From: Candidatus Poriferihabitaceae bacterium
Lineage (GTDB): Bacteria > Pseudomonadota > Gammaproteobacteria > Arenicellales > Poriferihabitantaceae
NCBI GenBank assembly: GCA_965203265.1
Contig: CBDBBV010000002.1
Span: forward strand, 1,810,773-1,874,772
DNA: 64,000 nt
Direction of reading: 5' to 3'
In this document: piece after piece, positions 52,298 through 62,221 of the stretch
Layout of the letters: each line of letters starts with the position of its first letter
How positions within the stretch are numbered: the first letter of the stretch is position 1
Position numbers and translations under genes: made by a program
The notes under the pieces: generated by a model
What the model saw: the letters and a program-made list of their open reading frames with translations, nothing else
The model's database searches: none
What the model was told of the DNA's origin: nothing

Positions 52298-53785
52298 TCA
52301 GCGATTCAGGAGGAACTCGACCAGCAGCGGCACCGGGCGACCGGTGGCGCCCTTGTTGCGCCCGGAAGTCCACGCGGTACCGGCGATGTCGAGGTGCGCC
52401 CAATCGAATTTCCCGGTGAATTTCTTGAGGAAGCACGCCGCCGTTACCGCCCCGGCATAGCGCCCGCCGATGTTGGCCACATCGGCGAAATTGCTGTCCA
52501 GCTGCTTGGCGTACTCGTCCCACACCGGCATGCGCCAAGCGCGATCGCCGCTCGCTTCTCCGGCGCCGAGCAACTCGTTGGCGAGGGCATCGCAATCGCT
52601 GAACAACCCGCTGGCCTGATCCCCCAAGGCGACAGCGCAGGCGCCGGTCAGGGTGGCGATATCCACCACCGCCGCCGGGTTGTAACGCTCGGCGTAGGTC
52701 AGCGCGTCGCACAGAATCAACCGGCCCTCGGCGTCGGTATTGAGCACCTCGATGGTGGTGCCGGCCATACTCGTTACGATGTCGCCGGGCTTGTTGGCGG
52801 CGCCGTCCGGCAGATTCTCGCTGCTCGGCACGATGCCCACCAGATTGATCTTCAACTCCAACTCGACCGCCGCCTGCATCGCCCCGAAGACGCTGGCGCC
52901 GCCGCACATGTCGTATTTCATCTCGTCCATGGCGGCCGCCGGCTTGAGGGAAATGCCGCCGGCGTCGAAGGTCAACCCCTTGCCCACCAGCACCACCGGG
53001 CGCTCGCCGCGCTTGCCGCCGTTGTATTCCATGATGATCAGCTTGGCCGGTTCGCGGCTGCCGCTAGAGACCGACAGCAGCGCGCCCATCTTGCGCTGCT
53101 TCATTTCCGCCTCGTTCAATATCGTCGTCTTGATTCCGAGGCGCTTGGCCATGCGCCGCGCCTGCGTGGCGAGATAGGATGGCGTGCACAGGTTGCCCGG
53201 CAGATTGGCGTAATCCCGCGCCAACGCCACGCCGCCGGCGACAGCGGCGGCCTCGCGCAGGCCCTGAACGACCTTGGAGCGCTGCCCACGGGCGCACAGC
53301 ATGGAGACTTTCTTCAGTTTGATCGGCTTGTTCGCGCCGCTCTTGGTCTGCTCGAAGCGATACAGCGCGCTTTCCATGGCCTCCGCCAGATTCCTCGCCC
53401 GGCGGCGCTCGTCGGTGTCGGCGTAGGTCGCCTCCAGCAGGCTCAGATCGGCAGAGGGGATGGCGCGCTCGTCGAGCAGGGTCGCGGCGGCGGCGGCGGC
53501 GCGGCGGGCGGCGGCGGCGGTGAAGTCGTCCTGCGGCCCGAGTCCGAGGAGCAGCACTCGTTCGGCCTTGAGGCCGGGGGGGTTGTACAGCATCTGCATA
53601 CTGCCGAGACTGCCGTCCAAGTCGCCGCGACCGAGCAGGGCGGTGAGTTGCTTGCCACCGGCCTCGTCCACGCGCCCGCCCGTGGGGGTGAGCGCGGATT
53701 GCGCGGGTTTTGCCTTGAATATGCCCACCACCAAACAGCGGGACGCCAGAGTAACCGCGTCGGCGGTCTTTGCAGAGAATTCCAT
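52298..53785 (-). CDS. pepA: leucyl aminopeptidase
   Basis: ATG at 53785 (MEFSAKT), with GGGAG upstream, is preferred over the TTG at 53797. M17 motifs VGKGLTFDAGGISLKP and NTDAEGRL are present. Confidence 0.9.
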   Translation of the reverse strand: MEFSAKTADAVTLASRCLVVGIFKAKPAQSALTPTGGRVDEAGGKQLTALLGRGDLDGSLGSMQMLYNPPGLKAERVLLLGLGPQDDFTAAAARRAAAAAATLLDERAIPSADLSLLEATYADTDERRRARNLAEAMESALYRFEQTKSGANKPIKLKKVSMLCARGQRSKVVQGLREAAAVAGGVALARDYANLPGNLCTPSYLATQARRMAKRLGIKTTILNEAEMKQRKMGALLSVSSGSREPAKLIIMEYNGGKRGERPVVLVGKGLTFDAGGISLKPAAAMDEMKYDMCGGASVFGAMQAAVELELKINLVGIVPSSENLPDGAANKPGDIVTSMAGTTIEVLNTDAEGRLILCDALTYAERYNPAAVVDIATLTGACAVALGDQASGLFSDCDALANELLGAGEASGDRAWRMPVWDEYAKQLDSNFADVANIGGRYAGAVTAACFLKKFTGKFDWAHLDIAGTAWTSGRNKGATGRPVPLLVEFLLNR

Positions 53786-53964
53786 GCTTACTCCCAATCA
53801 GGAAATTTCGGAAATTTAGATTACACTTCGATGATGATTCAGCAGCCGCAGCCACAATCACCGGCCGGCGCCGATTATAGCAAGGCCGCGCTAAGCCGGT
53901 GTGTCCGGTGCGTCCGGTGCGCCGCTGCGCAACCTGCAGCGGTAACGATGGCGGCGGCGGCCGA

Positions 53965-55038
53965 ATGATCATCCATCGCGCCTTCGTTCGCGAAGTACTG
54001 CAAACCTGCGGCCTCGTCAGCGTTATCCTGCTCGGCATTTTCCTGCTTGGCCGACTCATGGAATTTCTCCGTCAGGCGGCCGAGGGGGATATTCCGGCCA
54101 ACAGCGTGTTGTTGCTGTTGCTGCTCAAGCTGATCACCTACCTCGATATTCTGGCGCCGTTGGTGCTGTACATCTCCACTCTGCTGGTTCTGGGGCGCTG
54201 GATTCGCGACAACGAGTTGACGGTGATCAGCGCCTGCGGCATCGGCATGAATCAGCTGCTCAGGCCGGCGCTGACGCTGGCCGCCCTAATCGGCGGCATA
54301 ACGGCTTTGTTTGCCCTGTATCTGTCGCCGCTGTCGGCCGAGGCGGCGCGCGCGGTGTCCGAGGAAATTCGCAATCGCGCCGAGCTTGCGGGAGTGGTCG
54401 CGGGGGTGTTCACGCCGATGCGGGATGGTCGCGGCGTCTATTTCGTCGAAAGTTACGACTCGCAAAACGGCGCCTTCGGCGGCATTTTCGTCCATCATGG
54501 CAGCGGCGGCGGCGAGGACGCCGAAGACGAAGTGGTAGTAGCCGAAAGCGGCTACCGCACCATTGATGAAAAAACCAACGCCGACTTCCTCATCCTGAAA
54601 AACGGCAGCCGCTATCGCGGCACCGCGGGCGCCGCCGAATACGGCGTGCTCGATTTCGAGACCTACGGACTGCGCATCGAACCGCGAAATTCGGCGGCGC
54701 GCGAACTGCCCCTTGATGCTCGTCCGACCTGGGCCCTACCCACCGGCGACGCCGCCGCCATCGGCGAATTCCACTGGCGCGTCTCCAAGGTCGTCCTGTT
54801 GCCCATCCTGCTGGTGTTCGCGCTGGCCTTCTCCGCCATCACCTATCGCCGCAACCGATTCCCCGGTATGCTGCCGGCGCTACTGACGTACTTCGTCTAT
54901 ACCCATTTCCTCGGACTCGGAGTCGTCCTCATTCGCCGGGGAATCGGCCATCCCCATCTCACCCTGTGGGCGATTCACCTGCTCTTTCTCGGCTGCGCCC
55001 TCTACCTGTTGCACCGCCGCAATCGACCGCTCGCATGA
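53965..55038 (+). CDS. lptF: LPS export ABC transporter permease LptF
   Basis: Start taken at MIIHRAFVREVLQT. It is divergent from pepA, as in E. coli, and has six predicted TM segments. Confidence 0.85.
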   Translation: MIIHRAFVREVLQTCGLVSVILLGIFLLGRLMEFLRQAAEGDIPANSVLLLLLLKLITYLDILAPLVLYISTLLVLGRWIRDNELTVISACGIGMNQLLRPALTLAALIGGITALFALYLSPLSAEAARAVSEEIRNRAELAGVVAGVFTPMRDGRGVYFVESYDSQNGAFGGIFVHHGSGGGEDAEDEVVVAESGYRTIDEKTNADFLILKNGSRYRGTAGAAEYGVLDFETYGLRIEPRNSAARELPLDARPTWALPTGDAAAIGEFHWRVSKVVLLPILLVFALAFSAITYRRNRFPGMLPALLTYFVYTHFLGLGVVLIRRGIGHPHLTLWAIHLLFLGCALYLLHRRNRPLA

Positions 55039-56117
55039 TGAGCATACTCGACCGCTATCTCGGCAGAATCATCCTGCAATACACCCTGATCACCATGCTG
55101 GGGCTGTTGGCGCTGTTCGCCTTCGTCAATTTCCTCGACCAGTTGGAGGATCTGGGCAAGGGCGAATACGGCGTGCGCGAGGCGCTCGCGTACATCCTGC
55201 TGACCATGCCGCGCACCATGTACGAATTGTTCCCCATCGCCGCCCTGCTGGGCTGCGGCATCGGCCTATCTCTGCTGGCCAACGACTCCGAATTGATCGC
55301 CATGCGGGCGAGCGGCGTCTCGGTGCTGCAGATCACCACGGCGGCGCTGAAAACCGGTGGCCTGTTCGTGGTCGCCGCCATGTTGATCGGCGAATTGATC
55401 TCGCCGCAGAGCGAAGATCGGGCACAACGCGGGCGCGCCGAGGCATTGCAGCAAACGGATTCCGGGCTGTGGCTGCGAGACGCGCACACCTATTTCCACG
55501 CCGACGAGGTGCTACCGGATCTGACCCTGCGGCGCATCAGGATATTCGAATTCGACTCGCAACGAAAACTGCGCGAGTTGGTGTCCGCCGCCGATGGCAG
55601 ATTCGCCGACGGCCACTGGCTGCTCAACGATGTGCACAAAACCCTGATCGACGCCGACGGCAACGCCGAGACGGCGCGACTGGCGGCAAGTCGTTGGCAG
55701 TCCGGCATCACGCCGGAAATTCTCTCGGTGTTCCTGCTGCAGCCGGATCAGCTGTCGTTGCGCCACCTGCGCAGATACATCGGCCACCTGCGGGCAAATC
55801 GGCAGCAAACCGAGTCGTTCGAGCTGGCCTTCTGGAACAAGATGATGCTGCCGATTTCCACCGCGATCATGGTGGCGCTGGCGATCCCCTTCGTGTTCGT
55901 CAACATTCGCAGTGGAACGTTGGGGCGCAATCTGTTCATCGGCATCATGCTCGGTTTGGGCTTCCATGTCGCCAATCGCGGCCTCGGCTACCTAGTGCTG
56001 GCCTACGGCCTGCCGCCCGTGCTCGGCGCCACCCTGCCGTTGCTCGCCTTCATGCTACTGGCGGCGGCGATGCTGTGGAAGGTCGAGCATGTTGCCGCGG
56101 CAAACAAGGCGGCGTGA
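55035..56117 (+). CDS. lptG: LPS export ABC transporter permease LptG
   Basis: Start taken at MMSILDRYLGRIILQYT. Its ATG overlaps the lptF stop (ATGA). Confidence 0.85.
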   Translation: MMSILDRYLGRIILQYTLITMLGLLALFAFVNFLDQLEDLGKGEYGVREALAYILLTMPRTMYELFPIAALLGCGIGLSLLANDSELIAMRASGVSVLQITTAALKTGGLFVVAAMLIGELISPQSEDRAQRGRAEALQQTDSGLWLRDAHTYFHADEVLPDLTLRRIRIFEFDSQRKLRELVSAADGRFADGHWLLNDVHKTLIDADGNAETARLAASRWQSGITPEILSVFLLQPDQLSLRHLRRYIGHLRANRQQTESFELAFWNKMMLPISTAIMVALAIPFVFVNIRSGTLGRNLFIGIMLGLGFHVANRGLGYLVLAYGLPPVLGATLPLLAFMLLAAAMLWKVEHVAAANKAA

Positions 56118-56236
56118 GCGGGTTCGCTCGATTCCATCTTTTCCGCTTTTCCATCGGCGAGGCGGGAAGCACGGCAAGGCTGGGCGTTTTGGTTGTATAG
56201 TCGAGTTTTCGCTCACTTCCGAATCTGGAGCCGCCA

Positions 56237-57133
56237 ATGCCTGACCACAACGTTTCCTTCATCGGCCTCGGCGTCATGGGCTATCCGATGGCCGGCCACC
56301 TCGCGCAGAGCGGTTGGCGGGTGTGCGTGCACAACCGCACCGCCGCCACGGCCGAGCGCTGGGTCGCCCAATACGGCGGCGGCAGCGGCGGCAGCCTCGC
56401 GGCCACGCCGGCGGAAGCCGCCTCGGGCGCGGATTTCGTGTTTTCCTGCGTCGGCAACGACGACGACCTGCGCCACATCACTCTGGGCGCGGACGGGGCC
56501 TTCGCCGGCATGAGGGCGGGCGCGGTGTTCATCGACCACACCACCGCCTCCGCCGACATCGCCCGCGAGATTGCGGCACACGCCGCCGAACGCGGAATTT
56601 CGTTCTTGGATGCGCCCATCTCCGGCGGCCAATCCGGAGCGGAAAACGGCACGTTGACGATCATGGCGGGCGGCGATCGGGAGATTTTCGATCTCGCCAA
56701 GCCGCTACTACACACCTACGCCCGCAGCGCCACGCTCATGGGGGATTGCGGCGCCGGTCAACTGACCAAGATGGTCAATCAGATCTGCATCGCCGGGCTG
56801 GTGCAGAGTCTGTCCGAAGGCGTCGCCTTCGCCGTCAACGCCGGTTTGGACGCTCGCCGGGTGTTCGAAGTGATTTCTCAGGGCGCGGCGCAGTCTTGGC
56901 AGATGGTCAATAGATACGAAACCATGCTCGACAACCATTTCGAATTCGGTTTCGCGGTGGACTGGATGCGCAAGGACCTCGGGCTGTGCCTTGCCGAGGC
57001 CGAGCGCAACGGCTCCGACCTGCCCGTGGGCAAGATCGTGGATGGCTACTACGCCGAGGTGCAGGCGGCCGACGGCGGGCGCTGGGACACTTCCAGTTTG
57101 CTCACCCGGCTGTATCGCCAGGACCTCGACTGA
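56237..57133 (+). CDS. NAD(P)-dependent oxidoreductase, 3-hydroxyisobutyrate dehydrogenase family
   Basis: 298 aa with VSFIGLGVMGYPMAGHL (Rossmann fold) and LDAPISGG. Confidence 0.8.
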   Translation: MPDHNVSFIGLGVMGYPMAGHLAQSGWRVCVHNRTAATAERWVAQYGGGSGGSLAATPAEAASGADFVFSCVGNDDDLRHITLGADGAFAGMRAGAVFIDHTTASADIAREIAAHAAERGISFLDAPISGGQSGAENGTLTIMAGGDREIFDLAKPLLHTYARSATLMGDCGAGQLTKMVNQICIAGLVQSLSEGVAFAVNAGLDARRVFEVISQGAAQSWQMVNRYETMLDNHFEFGFAVDWMRKDLGLCLAEAERNGSDLPVGKIVDGYYAEVQAADGGRWDTSSLLTRLYRQDLD

Positions 57134-57144
57134 GGTCGGGACTG

Positions 57145-58254
57145 ATGGACGAACTGCGCGCCTACCTGTCGCTGTCGATCCTATTGGAAATTTTTCAGGG
57201 ACGACCCTGGGTACAAGCGGCGGTCGCGCTCGGCATCTTCGTCGCCGTGGCGCACCTGCTCACCGCGCTCATCCAACGCGGCCTGTTGCGCCTCGTGTGC
57301 AAAGTCGGCCTGCGCCTCGGCGGCGAAATCATCGCCAATCTCCACCAACCGCTGTTCTATTCCATCCTGATGGTCGGGCTGGCCGTTTCGCTGGCGCTGT
57401 CTCCCATCGGCGGCACCATCGAACGCACCGCAATTTCCGCGCTCAAAACCGTCAATGTGCTCATCTGGCTGGGCTTCTTCATCCGCCTGTCGGGGCTCTT
57501 GCTGAAGGCTGTGGCGCAGCGTCGCCGCCAGCAGTTGATCACCCAGCAAACTCTGCCGCTGTTTCAAAATCTGGCGTTTTTGCTCATCTGCGCCGTGGCC
57601 CTCTATGTGGGCTTCCGGCTGTGGGGCGTGGATATGACCGCGTGGCTGGCCTCCGCCGGCGTGCTCGCCGTGGCCATCGGTTTTGCCGCCAAGGATACCC
57701 TGTCGAATTTTGTCGCCGGATTCTTCATCCTCGCCGAGTCGCCTTACAAGATCGGCGACTACATCGTGCTGGACACCGGCGAGCGCGGCGAAATCACCGA
57801 AATCGGCATTCGCAGCACCCGCCTGATGACGCGCGACGATGTGGAGCTGACCATCCCCAACGGCATCATGGGCAACAGCAAAATCGTCAACGAAAGCGGC
57901 GGGCCGCATCCGAAATTTCGCATCCGCATACCGGTGGGGGTGGCCTACGGCAGCGATGTGGCGTTGGTGAAATCGGTGCTGTCCGTGGTCGCCGAGACCA
58001 ACGAATTCGTCTGCGACGAGCCCGAACCGCGAGTGAGATTCCGCCAATTCGGCCCTTCCAGCCTCGATTTCGAATTGCTCTGCTGGGTCGAACAGCCTTC
58101 TCAGCGCGGCTTGGTGGTCGATCTGCTGTTGACCGCCATCAATCAGCGTTTCAGCGAAGAGGGGGTGGAGATTCCCTTCGTCAAGCGCGATGTCTATATC
58201 AAGGAAATGCCGGCGGAGCAGCGGCCGCCACCATCGGAAAAAACCCGACAATAA
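57145..58254 (+). CDS. mechanosensitive ion channel family protein (MscS-like)
   Basis: Start taken at MDELRAYLSL within track ORF 56986..58254. TM helices are followed by SNFVAGFFILAESPYKIGDYI and the beta domain. Confidence 0.8.
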   Translation: MDELRAYLSLSILLEIFQGRPWVQAAVALGIFVAVAHLLTALIQRGLLRLVCKVGLRLGGEIIANLHQPLFYSILMVGLAVSLALSPIGGTIERTAISALKTVNVLIWLGFFIRLSGLLLKAVAQRRRQQLITQQTLPLFQNLAFLLICAVALYVGFRLWGVDMTAWLASAGVLAVAIGFAAKDTLSNFVAGFFILAESPYKIGDYIVLDTGERGEITEIGIRSTRLMTRDDVELTIPNGIMGNSKIVNESGGPHPKFRIRIPVGVAYGSDVALVKSVLSVVAETNEFVCDEPEPRVRFRQFGPSSLDFELLCWVEQPSQRGLVVDLLLTAINQRFSEEGVEIPFVKRDVYIKEMPAEQRPPPSEKTRQ

Positions 58255-58269
58255 TCGCTGAAGGCGTCG

Positions 58270-59007
58270 ATGAAAGTGAAGCGAAAGGTGTCCGCGCTGC
58301 TCGGAAAAATGGCGCGAGACGAGCGCGACAAGATATTGGCGCAATGCAACCAGCGCAGCTATGCCAAGGGAGAGCAGATCGTTCGCGAAATGGATTGGGC
58401 GGAACACAACATGTATTTCATCGATCACGGCACAGTACGGGTAACGTTGTTTGCCGACAATGGCAGGGAGGTGAGTTTCGCCACCCTCGGAGCGGGCGAA
58501 AATTTCGGTGAAATTTCGGCCATAGACGGCATGCCCCGCTCGGCCACCGTGATCGCCCTGACCGAAACCGACATCACCATCATGTCGTCGCAGGTTTTCG
58601 CGCGACTGCTCGGCGACTACCCAAAGGTGGCGCGGGAACTGTTGCAGCAGATGAGCGCCACCATCCGCCGACTGTGCGACCGCATATTCGAATATTCCAC
58701 CATCGGCGTGAATAACCGCATCCACGCCGAACTGCTGCGACTTGCCAGAAAAAACCTCGATCTGGACGGCATCGCCCGCATCATCGAGATGCCGACTCAT
58801 GCGCAACTCGCCAGCCGAGTAAGCTGCCATCGCGAAGCGGTCAGCCGAGAATTGAAGGCGTTGGAGAAACGGGGCATTGTGGTGAAGAAAAAGCGCAAAT
58901 TCATCATTTCGGACATCGACCTGTTGCAAAACATGGTGGATCAGGTCATGCGGCGCAGTGAAGACTGCTACGAAGCAGACAGTGCGCTTAGCCGAGCCGA
59001 TTTGTAG
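58270..59007 (+). CDS. Crp/Fnr-family transcriptional regulator
   Basis: 245 aa with a cNMP-binding fold (FGEISAIDGMPRSATVIA) and a C-terminal HTH (THAQLASRVSCHREAVSRELKALE). Confidence 0.8.
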   Translation: MKVKRKVSALLGKMARDERDKILAQCNQRSYAKGEQIVREMDWAEHNMYFIDHGTVRVTLFADNGREVSFATLGAGENFGEISAIDGMPRSATVIALTETDITIMSSQVFARLLGDYPKVARELLQQMSATIRRLCDRIFEYSTIGVNNRIHAELLRLARKNLDLDGIARIIEMPTHAQLASRVSCHREAVSRELKALEKRGIVVKKKRKFIISDIDLLQNMVDQVMRRSEDCYEADSALSRADL

Positions 59008-59057
59008 AATTAAATTTCCCCGGCGAAGCCGTGACGCGGGTTCGATTCGGTCGTACA

Positions 59058-59684
59058 ATGCGCCATGAGCCGCCATCGCAAGATCGATTCCCCCGTTTTC
59101 CCGTGAAGCCATTGTTATCCCAATTACCCAACCTGCTGACCCTGCTGCGCATCGCCGCCTGCCCGGTATTGGTGTTGCTGTTGCACGACCGCAGTTACGA
59201 TGTGGCCATCGCGCTGTTCCTCGCCGCCGGCATCACCGACGGGTTGGACGGCTACATCGCCAAGCGCTTCAACTGCGTCTCCAACCTCGGCGTCATCCTC
59301 GACCCCATCGCCGACAAACTGCTGATTGCCAGCGCCTACATCATGCTGGCGGTGCTGGGGGGCATTCCGTTCTGGCTGCTCATCGTGGTGATGTTCCGCG
59401 ACCTGGTCATCGTGGTCGGCTATCTGGTGCTCATGGTCATGGGCAACGACATCCCCATGAAGCCGACCTACACCAGCAAGCTGAACACCTTCCTGCAGAT
59501 TTCGCTGGTGATCGCGGTACTCATCGGCATGGCCGACTGGCTGCATCTGCCGTGGGTGGAACATGCGCTGGTGGTCGGCGTGCTGATCACCACTGTTACC
59601 AGCGGCTGCCAATATGTATGGGCCTGGGGCATTCGCCGGGACGCCTCGGATACCTCGGACAACTCGGAAACCTCCGAGCGATGA
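59058..59684 (+). CDS. pgsA: CDP-diacylglycerol--glycerol-3-phosphate 3-phosphatidyltransferase
   Basis: CDP-alcohol phosphotransferase motif DGLDGYIAKRF...LDPIADKL. The start is uncertain, with candidates at GTG 59031, ATG 59058 and GTG 59103. Confidence 0.8.
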   Translation: MRHEPPSQDRFPRFPVKPLLSQLPNLLTLLRIAACPVLVLLLHDRSYDVAIALFLAAGITDGLDGYIAKRFNCVSNLGVILDPIADKLLIASAYIMLAVLGGIPFWLLIVVMFRDLVIVVGYLVLMVMGNDIPMKPTYTSKLNTFLQISLVIAVLIGMADWLHLPWVEHALVVGVLITTVTSGCQYVWAWGIRRDASDTSDNSETSER

Positions 59685-60379
59685 ACCGGCAAACGCTGAT
59701 ACCGGCCAGCGGCGAGGGGGAGAGTAGTTTCGACAGCTTCCGCGTAGGCGACAACGCCGAACTGCTGGCGCAGCTGCGGTGCATGGTTCACGGCACCCGC
59801 GCCACGCGGGTTCTGTATTTCTGGGGGGAGCGCGGCAGCGGCAAAACCCACCTGCTCAACGCCTGCTGCCAACTGGCGCGGCAGCTGGGGAAACCGAATG
59901 CCTATCTGCCGGTGCACGGCTCGGCGCCGCAACCGGGGCGAATCGACCGCATCGAAGCGCACGCTGTGGCGTGCATCGACGATTTTCAGGCCGCCGCGGC
60001 GCGTTATTCCTGGGAGAGCGCGCTGCTCGCGCTGTATGAAAAACTGCGCAACCCCAGCGACGGCGGCAGCGGCGCGCTGGTGGTCGCCGCCAACCAACCT
60101 CTCGAGGCGCTCGACCTCGGCTTGAAAGACCTCGAATCGAGAATGGCGAGCGGCGGCATCAGCCGCCTGGTCCACCTGAACGATCAGGACAAACTGGCGG
60201 CTCTGCGCGCGCGCGCGCGGCAACGGGGCTTTGTCCTCAGCGACTCGGTATTGCAATTCATCATCACCTACTACCGGCGCGACACCGCCTCCCTGTTTTC
60301 CCTGCTCGACCGCATCGACAACGCCTCGCTGGCGCAGCAGCGGAAAATCACCGTGCCGTTCATCAAATCACTGCTGTAG
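59681..60379 (+). CDS. hda: DnaA regulatory inactivator Hda
   Basis: Start taken at MNRQTLIP. It has FDSFRVGDNAELL and the Walker A block LYFWGERGSGKTHLL. Its ATG overlaps the pgsA stop. Confidence 0.8.
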   Translation: MNRQTLIPASGEGESSFDSFRVGDNAELLAQLRCMVHGTRATRVLYFWGERGSGKTHLLNACCQLARQLGKPNAYLPVHGSAPQPGRIDRIEAHAVACIDDFQAAAARYSWESALLALYEKLRNPSDGGSGALVVAANQPLEALDLGLKDLESRMASGGISRLVHLNDQDKLAALRARARQRGFVLSDSVLQFIITYYRRDTASLFSLLDRIDNASLAQQRKITVPFIKSLL

Positions 60380-60994
60380 GCGCGCGGGCGCAGGCTCGAG
60401 CGAGTGGGCGAGCGCCAGCGCGCACTTGGCCACCCGCCGTCCGAGGGTTTCCGCCAACTTTCTTTCATCGGCGCTGAGCGGCAAGGCGTTGTCGGCGCCC
60501 GCTATGTGGCCGGCACCATATGGGGCGCCGCCGCCGGTGGTGTGGCCGAGGGTCGTGCCGTAGAACGGAATGCCGACCATAACCATGCCGTGGTGAATCA
60601 GCGGCAGCATCATCGACAACAGGGTGCTCTCCTGCCCGCCGTGCATACTGCCGCTCGAAGTGAACACCCCCGCCGGTTTGCCGTCGAGGGCGCCGCGCAG
60701 CCACAAAGCGGCGGTCTGCTCGAAGAAATACTTGAGGGGCGCCGCCACCGTGCCGAAGCGGGTCGGGCTGCCGAGAATCAAGCCGTCGCAAGTTTCCAAA
60801 TCGGCTAGATCGGCATGAATATCGCCGCTTGGGGGAATTTCATCCGCCAGCGCCTCGCACACCGTGGAAACCGGCGGCACCGTCCGGCGCACCGCCTCGC
60901 ACTCGGCCATGCTTTCCACCCCGTCGGCCACGGATTTCGCCAACTCGGCCACCGAGCCGTGGCGACTGTAGTACAGGATCAATATGCGCTTCAT
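60368..60994 (-). CDS. wrbA: NAD(P)H:quinone oxidoreductase, WrbA-like flavodoxin
   Basis: Start taken at MKRILILYYSRHGS (60994) within track ORF 60368..61330. LGSPTRFG and SSGSMHGGQEST are typical WrbA blocks. Confidence 0.75.
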   Translation of the reverse strand: MKRILILYYSRHGSVAELAKSVADGVESMAECEAVRRTVPPVSTVCEALADEIPPSGDIHADLADLETCDGLILGSPTRFGTVAAPLKYFFEQTAALWLRGALDGKPAGVFTSSGSMHGGQESTLLSMMLPLIHHGMVMVGIPFYGTTLGHTTGGGAPYGAGHIAGADNALPLSADERKLAETLGRRVAKCALALAHSLEPAPARLQQ

Positions 60995-60999
60995 CGCGA

Positions 61000-61923
61000 T
61001 CAGGAGGATTGCCGATTCAGCAGGAATTCCATCAGCGCCTTTTGCGCGTGCAGGCGATTTTCCGCCTGATCCCACACCACGCTTTGCGCGCCGTCGATCA
61101 CCTCGGCGCTGACCTCGCAGCCGCGATAGGCCGGCAAACAGTGCATGAAGAGCGCGTCCGGCGCCGCCCGCGCCATCATCGCCCGATCCACGCAAAACCC
61201 CGCGAATGCCTGTTCCCGATCGCTTTTCTCCCGTTCCTGACCCATGCTGATCCAGCTGTCGGTTACCACCACATCCGCCGCCGCAACCGCCGCCGCCGGA
61301 TCCCGGCCGAGGGAAATGTGGACGGCGCATTGTCGCGCCATCTCGCCGTCCGGCTCATAGCCCTTCGGCGTGGCGACGGCGAGGTGGAAATCGAGTTGGC
61401 GGGCGGCGTTCATCCACGAGTGGCATACATTGTTGCCGTCGCCGACCCAGGCCACCCGTTTGCCCGCCAAGTCTCCCCGATGTTCCCGATAGGTCAGTAT
61501 GTCCGCCAGTTGCTGGCAGGGGTGGTTGAAATCGGACAGCGCGTTGATGACCGGCACCGAGGCATTTGCCGCCATTCGCTCGACTCGCTCGTGGGGGCCG
61601 GTTCGCATGATGATCAGCCGCGCCATCCTCGACAGAACCCGCGCGGTGTCCTCGACCGCCTCCCCCCGACCCAGTTGGGAATCCGCCGGCGCCAGAAAGA
61701 TGGCGTGGCCGCCCAGTTGGGTTACCCCGACCTCGAAGGAAACCCGCGTGCGTGTCGAGGATTTCTCGAACACCAGCACCGCGGTTTGGCCGCGCAACGC
61801 CTCGGCGCTTGAGTCGCGTTCGTCGGCGCGCGCCGCCTTCTTCATCGCCTCGGCGCGCGCGACCACCCCCCGGATTTCCTCCGGAGAAAAGTCCATCAGG
61901 GACAGAAAATGGCGAACCGGCAC
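61000..61923 (-). CDS. argF: ornithine carbamoyltransferase
   Basis: FEKSSTRTRVSFE, the HPCQ motif and FMHCLPA are present. The start is probably the GTG at 61923 (MPVRHFLSLMDFS); the upstream extension in track ORF 61000..62025 looks non-native. Confidence 0.85.
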   Translation of the reverse strand: MPVRHFLSLMDFSPEEIRGVVARAEAMKKAARADERDSSAEALRGQTAVLVFEKSSTRTRVSFEVGVTQLGGHAIFLAPADSQLGRGEAVEDTARVLSRMARLIIMRTGPHERVERMAANASVPVINALSDFNHPCQQLADILTYREHRGDLAGKRVAWVGDGNNVCHSWMNAARQLDFHLAVATPKGYEPDGEMARQCAVHISLGRDPAAAVAAADVVVTDSWISMGQEREKSDREQAFAGFCVDRAMMARAAPDALFMHCLPAYRGCEVSAEVIDGAQSVVWDQAENRLHAQKALMEFLLNRQSS

Positions 61924-62221
61924 CGGTTTTCGTGGATGTAATGAAAGGAAACGCCATGCCGTCAGGCACTGGCGCAACTTCGATTGTACGCAAGCCGCGA
62001 GCGGATGCCAACACATCCGATTCACGGCAAATCGCCCGCCGGACGGCGGCGGCGTTCGGCCACGAGCCGCCCCAATTATCGGGAATCGTCAATCGTCAAG
62101 CGGGCATGGAAAAAAAGAGGCGGCGGCGCATTGAGGAAACGCCACCGCCGTGGGCAAAGGTGCGAAATGGGACGGCGGGCGTAGCCAAATCAAGTCGCCC
62201 GCCGTCCGTAGCTGATAACGA

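Noticed and set aside
57181-59112. 643-aa minus-strand ORF opposite the mscS-family and crp/fnr genes
   Set aside because: It has no domain signature and shows antisense-frame composition. Both plus-strand genes have clear family motifs.
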